Shown: piece after piece, positions 50,040-59,537 of the stretch
How the letters are laid out: the number at the start of each line of letters is the position of its first letter
Numbering within the stretch: position 1 is the stretch's first letter
Assembly: GCA_026388095.1 (NCBI GenBank)
Contig: JAPLKL010000051.1
Span: 73,713 to 137,712 of the forward strand
DNA: 64,000 bases
Reading direction: 5' to 3'
Source of the DNA: Elusimicrobiota bacterium
GTDB lineage: Bacteria; Elusimicrobiota; Elusimicrobia; UBA1565; UBA9628
Notes under the pieces: model-generated
Told to the model about the DNA's origin: nothing
Databases searched by the model: none
The model's input: the letters and a program-made list of their open reading frames with translations, nothing else
Position numbers and translations under genes: made by a program

Positions 50040-51905
50040 ATGCAGAAAAGGCTTGAGCCATACCGGCGCAGAGCCATCGAGCTAGCCGACGCGGCGGCTT
50101 TCGCGGCGTCGTACTACCTGGCCTTCCTTCTGCGGTTTGACTTCCAGATGCCCCCCGAGGAATGGCCCGGGTTTCTCCACACGGTATGGCTTGTGGTAGC
50201 GCTGCGAATCGCCGCTTTATTGTTTTTCGGCGCATACCAGGGACTCTGGAGATACGCCAGCATCGCCGACCTCACCACGCTGCTGAAAGCGGTAGGGGCC
50301 AGCCAGATCGTCATCATGGCTGCGGTGCTCTTGCTGCAGCACGCGCATTTCCCGCGCTCGGTCCTCTTCATAGACCCCCTCCTCGCGCTCATCCTGGTCG
50401 GTCTCATCAGGTTCGGCATCCGAGTCACCCGCGAGTGGCGCTACCAAGGCGACACGGCGGAGTTGCCGCGCATGCTCATATTCGGGGCCGGCGACCTCGG
50501 AGAGAGCATCGTGCGCGGCATCCAGCGGAACAGACGAAGGACTCACCACCTCGTCGGTTTCATAGACGATGACAGCGCCAAATGGCATCACCGCATTCAT
50601 GGCGTGAACATACTCGGCGGCCGGCACGACCTGCCGCGCGTCATCGAGAAGCACCGGGTGGACGAGGTCGTTGTGGCCGTGAACCACTCGCGCGGCCAGC
50701 TCATCAAGGAACTCATGGAGATATGCAAAGACCATGGGAGCCGGAAGGTGCAGTTCAAGACAGTCCCCACCATCGAAGAGACCCTGCGGTCCGATTCGGC
50801 GCGCCATCGCGGCATCCGCAAGATAGAACTTTCGGACCTGCTGCAACGCAAGTCGGTGCACACGGACCTGAACGCGGTCGGAAGGATACTGAAGGGAAAG
50901 ACCGTGCTGGTGACAGGCGCGGGCGGGACCATCGGCGCGGAACTCTCCCGCCAGATACTGCATTTTAGGCCGGCGAAGCTGCTGCTTCTGGAGAATCACA
51001 ACACCGCCCTGTTCTACATCGACCGCGAGCTCGCGGCCGTGAACTCTTCGACCGTGCGCCTGCCCATCGTAGGCGACGTGGGCGACGAAGCGTTGTTGGA
51101 GAACCTGTTTTCAGCGCACAAACCGCAGGTGGTGTTCCATGCCGCGGCACATAAACACGTGCCGCTCATGGAATCGAACCCCCAAGAAGCCGTAAAAAAC
51201 AACACTCTCAATACACACCTGCTGGCCGATAAAGCGGTCAAGCACGGTGTGGAGCGCTTTCTGTACGTCTCCACGGACAAGGCGGTAAGACCGGCCAACG
51301 TGATGGGCGTTTCCAAGCGCCTGGGCGAGATGGTCATCCGCGCTTTCGCGGGAAGCCCCGCCACCAAATTCATGTCAGTGCGCTTCGGCAACGTGCTGGG
51401 CAGTTCCGGCAGCGCCATCAATATCTTCAAGGAACAGATCGAGCATGGCGGCCCAGTGACCGTCACGCACCCGGAAGTGACGCGGTACTTCATGACCACC
51501 GAGGAAGCGGTCCAGCTCATCTTGCAGGCCTGCGCCTTGGGCGGCGGTGGTGAGATATTCGTGCTGAACATGGGCGAACCCGTGAAGGTCGTGGAGGTCG
51601 CGCGCAACCTCATCCTCCTCTCAGGTCTAGAACCGGACCGCGACATCAAGATTGTGTTCACCGGCCTGCGCCCGGGGGAGAAACTCTACGAGGAACTCTT
51701 CCGCGACGGCGACATCCGCAGGGACACCGGCCATCCCGACATCTTCGCCGCCCTCCCCGAGGAAGCGGACCTGGCGATCATACGCGGGAAAATCAAGGAA
51801 CTCGGAGAACTCTGCTGCCGGCCCGACACGGCTCCGCTTTTGGAGGCACTAAAACAGTTCGTGCCCTCTTACAAATCCGCCCCAGTTTCGCGTAGCGCGA
51901 AATGA
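50040..51905 (+). CDS. membrane-anchored UDP-GlcNAc 4,6-dehydratase (WbpM/PglF/CapD family)
   Basis: four N-terminal TM helices, VLVTGAGGTIG, YVSTDKAVRPANVMGVSKRLGE. Confidence 0.85.
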   Translation: MQKRLEPYRRRAIELADAAAFAASYYLAFLLRFDFQMPPEEWPGFLHTVWLVVALRIAALLFFGAYQGLWRYASIADLTTLLKAVGASQIVIMAAVLLLQHAHFPRSVLFIDPLLALILVGLIRFGIRVTREWRYQGDTAELPRMLIFGAGDLGESIVRGIQRNRRRTHHLVGFIDDDSAKWHHRIHGVNILGGRHDLPRVIEKHRVDEVVVAVNHSRGQLIKELMEICKDHGSRKVQFKTVPTIEETLRSDSARHRGIRKIELSDLLQRKSVHTDLNAVGRILKGKTVLVTGAGGTIGAELSRQILHFRPAKLLLLENHNTALFYIDRELAAVNSSTVRLPIVGDVGDEALLENLFSAHKPQVVFHAAAHKHVPLMESNPQEAVKNNTLNTHLLADKAVKHGVERFLYVSTDKAVRPANVMGVSKRLGEMVIRAFAGSPATKFMSVRFGNVLGSSGSAINIFKEQIEHGGPVTVTHPEVTRYFMTTEEAVQLILQACALGGGGEIFVLNMGEPVKVVEVARNLILLSGLEPDRDIKIVFTGLRPGEKLYEELFRDGDIRRDTGHPDIFAALPEEADLAIIRGKIKELGELCCRPDTAPLLEALKQFVPSYKSAPVSRSAK

Positions 51906-53224
51906 CCGGGCTGAAAAAGCTCATGCCTGCGTGCTCTCCTTTTTCCCTGTTCGTCGTCATGGTGGTATGGGGCTTGAATCTCGGTTACCCCATGCACCAC
52001 CTACAGGGTGTGCGCTGGACATTGTTCGGTTATTTTCTGCCCGCTTACTACATCCTCACCGTGCTGCCGATGGCGGGAGCCGCGGCATTGGCGCTGGCAT
52101 TCAAGCGTCAGTGGACCAAATGGGAGTTGTTTTGGTGGCTATTGCCCTTGGTTTGCTTGCCCGGGATTCTGCGCAGCGGCGATCCCTTGTGGTCCACTCG
52201 CCAATGCTTCAGCTGGATAGTGCGCGGGCTCATACCCGGCGGCGTGATATTCGCAGTCGCGTATCGAAGAAGAGCGGATCGCCTGCTTCTGTATTGGATC
52301 TACCCTGTGATCATCGCCGCCTCTTTGCTGGGATTGTCAGAAATTTTTTTGGACTACAACCCGCTCGGGACGGATGCCACCGTCCCTATAACTCAAACAG
52401 CTCAGCCTGACAACCCCTTTTATCGGCCTGATGAAGCACTTCGCGTGTCTCGCAGCCCCCTTGGCACCCAAGGCAACAGGATCCCCTATGCTTCCACTCT
52501 CGTCGCCTTCTTGCCGCTAGGACTCTGGCTTTTGAGATATAAGAGGCATTTCTTCTGGGCGCACCTCTGCGCCATAGCCCTGCTATCGTCCATCCTGCTC
52601 TTGGCCCAAGTGCGCTCGGCTTGGGTGGGAATGCTGGCGGCCATGATATTGATGCATGCCTTGGGCTTGACTCGAAATCCGAGGGGAACTATCAAGATCA
52701 TGGCCGGCATATTGCTATGTCTGGGCATTCTTATGGCTTGGCCAAGGACTCAGCATCTGCTTTTGGTTAGGCTCCAGTCCTTTCAACTCTCGGAAGAAAG
52801 CATACGGCAGCGTCTCGCGGTCCTCCAGACGGCCAAGGTCTTGCAGGATCGTTGGCTGCTGGGCGTAGGATTCGGACAGTTCCCCACGGCATGCAAACCT
52901 TATTTCCACAGCACGCTGCCTTGGAGGGGAACCCCTGACAACCAATATCTGCGATGGGCCATTGAAAATGGGATATTGAGCTTCGGGCTGCTGTTGGCTT
53001 TCTTTGCCGGATTGGTCCGCGCCGGATGGCAGAAGATCAAGTTGATGGATGATCCCCAAGAGGCGGATTTCTATAAATCTTTATTGGTCGGCTGGGCGAG
53101 CATCGCCGTCACATTCTTGTTCTTCGACGGATTCTACTGGGGCGCGTGCAACATGACCTTCTGGTGCTTCCTCGGCCTGTTCGCAACCTGCCTGAAGCCC
53201 CCGGCTGAAGGTGTCCCCGCTTGA
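51902..53224 (+). CDS. Wzy_C-domain protein (WaaL-type ligase or O-oligosaccharyltransferase candidate)
   Basis: TPDNQYLRWAIENGILS motif, polytopic. Confidence 0.65.
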   Translation: MTGLKKLMPACSPFSLFVVMVVWGLNLGYPMHHLQGVRWTLFGYFLPAYYILTVLPMAGAAALALAFKRQWTKWELFWWLLPLVCLPGILRSGDPLWSTRQCFSWIVRGLIPGGVIFAVAYRRRADRLLLYWIYPVIIAASLLGLSEIFLDYNPLGTDATVPITQTAQPDNPFYRPDEALRVSRSPLGTQGNRIPYASTLVAFLPLGLWLLRYKRHFFWAHLCAIALLSSILLLAQVRSAWVGMLAAMILMHALGLTRNPRGTIKIMAGILLCLGILMAWPRTQHLLLVRLQSFQLSEESIRQRLAVLQTAKVLQDRWLLGVGFGQFPTACKPYFHSTLPWRGTPDNQYLRWAIENGILSFGLLLAFFAGLVRAGWQKIKLMDDPQEADFYKSLLVGWASIAVTFLFFDGFYWGACNMTFWCFLGLFATCLKPPAEGVPA

Positions 53225-55491
53225 TTCCGAAGAAGATCGCCTTCGTCCATGACTGGCTGACCGGGATGCGCGGCGGCGAGAAGGTGCTGGAGGCCGCCTG
53301 CGAGCTGTTCCCGGACGCCGAGATCTACACCTTGATCCACCGGCCGGACCGGATCTCCGGGCTCATCAATTCCAAAGGCGTCCACGTCTCCTGGCTGAAC
53401 TCCTTGCCGGGCGTGCATCGCTATTACCGCTACCTCCTGCCCTTGATGCCTTCGGCCATCCGAGGCTTCGACCTGGGCGATTGCGACCTGGTCTTGTCCT
53501 TCAACCATTGCGTGGCCAAGGGCGTGCCCATGACCCGGCGCCCCGGGAAGAGGCGGCCGCTGCATATCTGCTATTGCCACACGCCGATGCGCTACGTCTA
53601 TGACGAATTCCACGCCTATTTCGCGGACGGCTCCCGGGCCTGGCTGAAGAGGGGCGCCGGCTGGCTGAGGCCGCATCTCATGCGCTGGGACAAGAAGACC
53701 AGCCGCGGCGTCGATCTCTTCATCGCCAACAGCGAGAACGTCCGCCAGCGCATCCAGAAGGCCTACACCCGGGATTCCGCCGTCATCCATCCGCCCGTGG
53801 ACACCGGCTTCTTCACCCCCTCACCTCCGGGCGGCGGCGCGGGTCCGCGGCCCTACTACCTGAGCGCGGGCGCCTTGGTGCCCTACAAACGCGTGGACCT
53901 GGCCATTGCCGCTTGCCGAAGGCTGAACGCTCCGCTCAAGATCGTCGGGGTCGGGACCGAGGAGCAGCGGCTAAGACGACTGGCCGCGGGGGCGCCGGTG
54001 GAGTTCCTGGGGTGGCAAAGCGGCGAGGCCTTGCGGGAGCTCTACCGGGATTGCGAGGCCCTGCTTTTCCCGCAGAATGAGGATTTCGGCATCACCCCGG
54101 TGGAAGCCATGGCCTGCGGCAGGCCCGTGATCGCCTACAAGAAAGGCGGCGCTTTGGAGACCGTGATAGAAGGCGTGACCGGGACTCTTTTCGACGCGCA
54201 GACTCCCAAGGCCCTGGCCGACGCCATGCAGCGCGCGCGACAGACGCGCTTTGAACCAGCCGCCATACGCTCCCATGCCCTCCAGTTCGACGTCAGGCAT
54301 TTCAAATCCCGTCTTGCCGGATTCGTGGAGCAAGCCTGGGAGAAACACGCTCAGGACCAGGCGGCGGTTGAGAAAAAGGTCCGGGTGCTGCAAGTCCTCG
54401 AATGCGGCGGGCCCGGCGGCACCGGCAACCAGGTCGCCGCCATCTGCAACGGACTGGATGCAGACCGGTTCGAGACGGTCTTGGTCTATTCCGTGCGGCC
54501 CGGCAACGAGCCGGAGCAGTACCGCGCCACGGCCGCCGGAGCGCGGTCCGCCTATCATGTGCCGGAGATGGTCCGCGAGATCTCACCCTGGAATGATGCT
54601 CGCGCGTTCCTAAGGCTGATACGCATCCTACGCAAGGAACGCCCGGACGTGGTCCATGCCCATTCCTCGAAAGCCGGGGTCCTGGCGCGCTTGGCGGCCT
54701 GGCTGTGCCGGGTGCCCAGGATATACTATTCCCCCCACGGCTACTCCTTCCTGCAGACCGACAGGTCGTCTTTGGCCCGCCTCTATTACTGGCTGCTCGA
54801 GTTCTTTGTCTCCGCCATCGGCGAGATCGTGGCCGTCTCACCGGGGGAAGCGCAGCTGGCCCGGAAGCTCTCCTGGGGAAAGCCGGTCCACACGGTCTGC
54901 GACCCATATCTGGGCCCCGCCGAGCCGCCTGCCCTCCGGGCCCATGAAGGCCTGGTGGTGGGCGCCTGCGGCCGCCTGACCGAGGCCCGCAATCCGGAAG
55001 CCTTCATCCGTCTGGCCGCCGAGCTCTGCCGGCGCGGGCCGGCTGTGCGCTGCGTCTGGATCGGCTCGGGGGAGCTGGAGGCGACGGCGCGCGGTCTCGT
55101 CCAGGGACTCGGCCTCGCGGCTCGTTTCGAGTTCACCGGCTGGCTCAAGCCCGGGGAGGTGCTGGAACGGCTGCGCGGGCTGGATGTCTTCGTCCACTAC
55201 TCCCGCTGGGAGGGGCTGCCCAATGCCGTCTTGGAAGCCATGGCGCTGGGCTTGCCGGCCGTGGTCTCGGACGTGCCCGGCAACCGGGACGCGGTCCAGG
55301 CGGGAGTGACGGGCTTCTTGGCCAAGGACGAGGCCGGGCTCCGGGACGCGGTGTCCCGGCTCCTCAAGGACCCGCAGTTGCGGCGCTGCCTCGGGCAAGC
55401 GGGCCGGGAGCGCATCCGCCGGGAATTCACGCCCGCCAAGGCCATCGCGCTGCTCCAAGGGTTGTACAGGCAGGATCCGACTCCAGGGTGA
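53221..55491 (+). CDS. fused tandem GT4 glycosyltransferase (two GT-B modules)
   Basis: two successive E(x7)E-type C-terminal motifs (FGITPVEAMACGRPVIA and EGLPNAVLEAMALGLPAVVS). Confidence 0.75.
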   Translation: MIPKKIAFVHDWLTGMRGGEKVLEAACELFPDAEIYTLIHRPDRISGLINSKGVHVSWLNSLPGVHRYYRYLLPLMPSAIRGFDLGDCDLVLSFNHCVAKGVPMTRRPGKRRPLHICYCHTPMRYVYDEFHAYFADGSRAWLKRGAGWLRPHLMRWDKKTSRGVDLFIANSENVRQRIQKAYTRDSAVIHPPVDTGFFTPSPPGGGAGPRPYYLSAGALVPYKRVDLAIAACRRLNAPLKIVGVGTEEQRLRRLAAGAPVEFLGWQSGEALRELYRDCEALLFPQNEDFGITPVEAMACGRPVIAYKKGGALETVIEGVTGTLFDAQTPKALADAMQRARQTRFEPAAIRSHALQFDVRHFKSRLAGFVEQAWEKHAQDQAAVEKKVRVLQVLECGGPGGTGNQVAAICNGLDADRFETVLVYSVRPGNEPEQYRATAAGARSAYHVPEMVREISPWNDARAFLRLIRILRKERPDVVHAHSSKAGVLARLAAWLCRVPRIYYSPHGYSFLQTDRSSLARLYYWLLEFFVSAIGEIVAVSPGEAQLARKLSWGKPVHTVCDPYLGPAEPPALRAHEGLVVGACGRLTEARNPEAFIRLAAELCRRGPAVRCVWIGSGELEATARGLVQGLGLAARFEFTGWLKPGEVLERLRGLDVFVHYSRWEGLPNAVLEAMALGLPAVVSDVPGNRDAVQAGVTGFLAKDEAGLRDAVSRLLKDPQLRRCLGQAGRERIRREFTPAKAIALLQGLYRQDPTPG
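55436..55475 (+). repeat. direct repeat copy A (3' end of GT4 gene)
   Basis: about 36/40 nt identical to 56805..56843; both encode AKAIALLQGLY. Confidence 0.6.
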
Positions 55492-56220
55492 TTGGGAAGC
55501 AGCCGTCAACGGCGCTGGAACGACTCGGCGCCTTGAGGCGACGGGCCTCTACGGCAGCACCTGCCGCGGGTTCAGGGAAGTCGGATATAATCTTTTAGCC
55601 GCTATTAACTGCCACAAATGCAGTCAACATCGCTTTTCATATACCATGAATGCAAATCTTATTACTTCGTAAAAAGTCCTGACCTCATGGTGCTGGACGC
55701 ATAAAGCGCCCGCTCGACTCGCAGAGTCGCGGGGAACCGACGGCCGAAGGCCGGCGGCAAGACCATTTCCACGGGTCCTGCCGGCGGTGTGGACATGTAC
55801 GATTCCGGGACACCGCCAAATTTTAGGCACATGGCATAAAACTGTGAATTCAAACGGCATCCTCGGCTGACTTATCCACCAACTTAGCCCAGGGACGAGT
55901 CGGTGGATAAGTCCGGAAATAGGAGCCCGTCGGGACGATGGCCGAGCGCGAGGATCTCAAACGAACGCGCGCCCGCAGGGCGCGCGGAACCGCCCCCGAA
56001 GGGGGCGGAGCCGTTGCCATTGTTGCGTAACGGGGCTTTTGCGGGCTTCGTGCCCGCGACTCCGACACGCTACAGCGCGTCGGAGTGCCAGGACGGATCA
56101 GCGGCCTTTCACAAAATTCTGTCAGGAGCCAAATTTTATTTGAGCAAAATATGAGCCGCGCATGAGTTCCCCCGGAGGTCCCTGCCTTATACTATTAGTA
56201 TGAAGACGGGAAGAGGGATT

Positions 56221-56658
56221 ATGAAAAAGGTGAATTTGAAGATCATGCTCGAACTCGCGGCCGCGTTTGTTTTCCTGGGTGTCCCGTCGCAAGCCGGCGA
56301 AAACTCAGTCATGACCTCGCAACTGGCGATAGCGGCAAAAGCGGGCGCATTCAGCACGCTGACCCCGGAATCGACTCTCGGCCGGTTCGAAGGCATCGAC
56401 TCTCCCCAAAAGGGCTGGCTCTCCAAGGCGCCCTCCGCGATCGCCCCGGTGTCTAAAACGCCGGAAGCCCTCCCGGCAGCGGGCGCGAACCTGAAGACCA
56501 AGGCCGCGGAGCCCGTGAAGTCGGTGGAGCCGCGCAAGCCGCGGGTCTCCAGGCTGCAGGAGCCGGGCGAAGCGCTGGGCGGCGGAGCGGCGAAGCGGAT
56601 CCGGGATGAGGCCCGGATGCTGGCGGAACAGGCGACAGAGATCGGAAGCGCGCAGTAA
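56221..56658 (+). CDS. small secreted low-complexity protein (signal peptide)
   Basis: MKKVNLKIMLELAAAFVFLGVPSQA signal peptide; AGAGGGA RBS; lies inside the repeat-flanked insert. Confidence 0.4.
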   Translation: MKKVNLKIMLELAAAFVFLGVPSQAGENSVMTSQLAIAAKAGAFSTLTPESTLGRFEGIDSPQKGWLSKAPSAIAPVSKTPEALPAAGANLKTKAAEPVKSVEPRKPRVSRLQEPGEALGGGAAKRIRDEARMLAEQATEIGSAQ

Positions 56659-56804
56659 GCCGATGACGGGCATGAGTCTATGAAGCGATTCCAGACCACC
56701 TGACAAAGCGCAGCCGCCGCGTCGAAGGCCCAGGGGACATGCCGCCCTGGGTTTTCCCATCCAGACTCATCAAGTCGCCTCTTCAGGGTGGAAATCCCTG
56801 GAGC

Positions 56805-56843
56805 AAGGCCATCGCCCTGCTCCAAGGGTTGTATAAGCAAAAT
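56805..56843 (+). repeat. direct repeat copy B (diverged duplicate of GT4 3' end, SKAIALLQGLYKQN*)
   Basis: see copy A; brackets a ~1.33 kb insert. Confidence 0.6.
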
Positions 56844-56859
56844 TGATATAATCGCGCGG

Positions 56860-58329
56860 ATGGCGATTCCAGCGCCGCACGCTGTGGCTCCGCCCCCCGA
56901 TCGCCGGCCGGCAAGCTCGATCCGCTTGCCGCTGTGGCTGCGCCACGGGTCGCGCACGGCCCTCCACCTGGCCCTGGACGCGGCGGCCGTGGCCGCCGCT
57001 TACCGCTTGGCGTATCTCTGGCGCTTCCGATCGGAGAGATGGGTCGCAGCTTTCCCCATCCCCGGGCGCGTGCCGGGCTGGGAGCTTTACGGCCAGATGC
57101 TCTACGCCGTAGTCCCGTTGTGGCTCATGATCTTCTGGTACTCCGCGCGGCTCTACGACGCCCCCTGGATCAGCGGCGCTGACCGATTCCTCAAGATCGT
57201 CAAGGGCTGCCTCCTGGCCACCGTGGCCACCATGGCGGCCACCTACGTCTACTCGCGGCTGGAGTACTCGCGGATGATGCTCGCCATGGTCCTGCCGCTC
57301 TCCGCGGGCCTGGTCTGCCTGAGCCAGGCCCTGGTGCTGTGGGTGGACGGCTGGGTCTCCCGGCGCGAGGCCGCTTTGCCCGCGCTCCTGGTGGGGAAGG
57401 GGGCCGTGGCGAAGATCGTCAAGGAGCGCATCCGCGACCGCCACCCGGGAGCCGAAATCCTGGAGCTTCCCGAACTGCCCCCAAAAGCCGAGCTGGAACG
57501 CCTCCTGGCCGGGCGCCCCTTCTACGAGCTCATCTTGTTCAATTCCTCCTTGGCCCACGGCCGCATCCTCGAGGCGGCCGAGCTCTGCGACGCGCACGGG
57601 ATCGCCTTCAAGATGCTCCCGGACCTCCTGGAGCTGCGCCTGGGCGAAGTGCAGATGGACCACAGCCTGGGGCTTCCGGCCTACCGCATCCAGCACGCCT
57701 CCCTGACCGCGGCCAACTTCGCGGCCAAGCGCGCCTTCGACCTGTTCTTCTGTCTCCTGGTCTTCTTGGTCGCGGGCCTGCCCTGGCTGCTGGCGGCCCT
57801 GCTCATCCGCTTGGATTCCAAGGGACCGGCGCTCTACAAGCAGAAGCGCTACGGCTACAAGAGCCGGATCTTCTACGCCTACAAGTTCCGCACCATGGTC
57901 CAGGACGCGGAATCAAGGGTCGCCGCGGTCAAGGCCGCCCATGGTCCGCAAGGCGCCTTCTTCAAGGCCAAGGACGACCCGCGCATCACGCTCGTCGGCA
58001 AGTGGCTGCGGCGCTTCTCCTTGGACGAGTTCCCGCAGTTCATCAACGTGCTCAAAGGCGAGATGAGCGTGGTCGGCCCCCGGCCTTTGGCCTTGACCAC
58101 GGGCGAGGTGGAGGCGCTTCAGCGGGACTTCGGCGAGACCGCGAAGAAGCGCATGAACGCCCTGCCCGGCATCACCGGGCTTTGGCAGGTCTCGGGGCGT
58201 TCCGACGTGGCCAGCGACCAGCGCTTCGCCCTGGACATGTTCTACATCGAGCATTGGTCTTTGGGCCTGGACCTGGAGATCATCCTCAAGACGATCCCGG
58301 CCATGATCATGGCCAAGGGGGCCTATTGA
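56860..58329 (+). CDS. WbaP/PglC-type polyprenyl glycosylphosphotransferase (sugar transferase)
   Basis: C-terminal PGITGLWQVSGR and MSVVGPRP motifs; N-terminal TM block. Confidence 0.8.
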   Translation: MAIPAPHAVAPPPDRRPASSIRLPLWLRHGSRTALHLALDAAAVAAAYRLAYLWRFRSERWVAAFPIPGRVPGWELYGQMLYAVVPLWLMIFWYSARLYDAPWISGADRFLKIVKGCLLATVATMAATYVYSRLEYSRMMLAMVLPLSAGLVCLSQALVLWVDGWVSRREAALPALLVGKGAVAKIVKERIRDRHPGAEILELPELPPKAELERLLAGRPFYELILFNSSLAHGRILEAAELCDAHGIAFKMLPDLLELRLGEVQMDHSLGLPAYRIQHASLTAANFAAKRAFDLFFCLLVFLVAGLPWLLAALLIRLDSKGPALYKQKRYGYKSRIFYAYKFRTMVQDAESRVAAVKAAHGPQGAFFKAKDDPRITLVGKWLRRFSLDEFPQFINVLKGEMSVVGPRPLALTTGEVEALQRDFGETAKKRMNALPGITGLWQVSGRSDVASDQRFALDMFYIEHWSLGLDLEIILKTIPAMIMAKGAY

Positions 58330-59462
58330 AACAGACGACCACGAATCCGATCCCGCTGTTGAGCCTCAAGGCCCAGCACGAGCGCTTGGCGCCCGAGCTG
58401 CGCCAAGCGGTGCTGAAGGTGGTGGACTCCGGGACCTTCATCATGGGTCCGGAGGTCAAGCAGTTCGAGACCGAGTTCGCCGCGGCCCTGGGCGCCCGCC
58501 ACGCCGTGGGCGTATCCAACGGCACCGACGCCCTGCACGTGGCCCTGGAAGCCGTGGGCGTGGGGCCGGGCGACGAGGTGCTCGTCCCCTCCTTCACCTT
58601 CATCGCCACGGCCACCGCGGTCTCGGCCCTGGGCGCCGCTCCCGTCTTCGTGGACATCGACCCGGTCACCATGACCATGAACCCCGCCGCCGCCGCCGCC
58701 GCCGCGGGCCCCAAGACCAAGGCCATGATCCCCGTGCACCTCTTCGGCTATCCGGCGGATATGGACGAGCTTTGCGCCCTGGCGGCGGAGAAGGGCCTCA
58801 AAGTCGTGGAGGACTGCGCCCAGGCGCACTTGACCACCTACAAGGGGCGCACGGTCGGGACCATCGGGGAGGCGGGGGCCTTCAGCTTCTACCCTTCCAA
58901 GAACCTGGGCGCGGCCGGCGACGCCGGCGCGGTGACGGTGGGAGACCCCGACCTGGCCGAAGCCGTGCGCCAGCTGCGCAACTGCGGCCGCGAGACGGGC
59001 GGGGCGGCCTACCGCCACGTCCGGGTGGGGCAGAACTGCCGCCTCGACGAGCTGCAGGCCGCGGTCCTGCGCGTGAAGCTCAAGTACCTGGCGGAGTGGA
59101 CCGCCAAGCGCCGGGCCGTGGCCCTGCGCTACATCCAGAACCTCCAGGGCCTGCCCATCTTCCTGCCCGATCCGGGCCGGACCGGCACCGCGCACACCTT
59201 CCACCTCTTCGTGGTGCGCTGCGACCGGCGCGACGAGCTGGCCAAGCACCTGACCGCGCGCGGCATCGGCAACGGCGTCTACTACCCGATCCCGGTCCAC
59301 CGCCAGCCCGCTTACCAAGAGGTCCTGATCCGTCCCACGGCCCTGCCCCACACCGAGGAGGCCTGCCGCACGGCGCTGGCCCTGCCCATGTATCCGGAGT
59401 TGGAGCCGGCGGCCGTGGACGCCGTGTGCCAGGCCGTCAAGGACTTCTTCAAGGGGACCTGA
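58326..59462 (+). CDS. DegT-family sugar aminotransferase (PglE/WbpE-like; TTG start overlapping the wbaP stop)
   Basis: AFSFYPSKNLGAAGDAG catalytic Lys; AAGGGGG RBS; contains a perfect (GCC)5 tract encoding AAAAAAA. Confidence 0.8.
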   Translation: MKQTTTNPIPLLSLKAQHERLAPELRQAVLKVVDSGTFIMGPEVKQFETEFAAALGARHAVGVSNGTDALHVALEAVGVGPGDEVLVPSFTFIATATAVSALGAAPVFVDIDPVTMTMNPAAAAAAAGPKTKAMIPVHLFGYPADMDELCALAAEKGLKVVEDCAQAHLTTYKGRTVGTIGEAGAFSFYPSKNLGAAGDAGAVTVGDPDLAEAVRQLRNCGRETGGAAYRHVRVGQNCRLDELQAAVLRVKLKYLAEWTAKRRAVALRYIQNLQGLPIFLPDPGRTGTAHTFHLFVVRCDRRDELAKHLTARGIGNGVYYPIPVHRQPAYQEVLIRPTALPHTEEACRTALALPMYPELEPAAVDAVCQAVKDFFKGT

Positions 59463-59466
59463 ATTC

Positions 59467-59530
59467 GGGGACACAATACCTAACTCCCGCGGATTCAGCC
59501 CGAAAGCCTCGAATTAAGTATTGTGTCCCC
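59467..59530. promoter_or_regulatory. 13-bp perfect inverted repeat GGGGACACAATAC / GTATTGTGTCCCC with ~38-nt loop
   Basis: read directly in the 75-bp spacer between the aminotransferase and GT4 genes. Confidence 0.3.
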
Positions 59531-59537
59531 AAACTCG

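Noticed and set aside
55624-55860. 78-aa minus-strand ORF inside the 55.5-56.8 kb insert
   Set aside because: No RBS; composition resembles random translation of an AT-richer spacer.
55500-56200. Cobalamin riboswitch upstream of genes in a locus rich in B12-dependent enzymes
   Set aside because: No B12-box (GCCACTG) or matching conserved core found in this or other spacers; the hairpin cluster does not fit the riboswitch consensus by eye.
58684-58701. (GCC)5 trinucleotide repeat in the aminotransferase gene, and GCA/GCG runs in the HTH-Zn gene (8421-8445), encoding poly-Ala
   Set aside because: In-frame low-complexity linkers common in high-GC genomes; length changes would not shift the frame, so not a convincing phase-variation switch.
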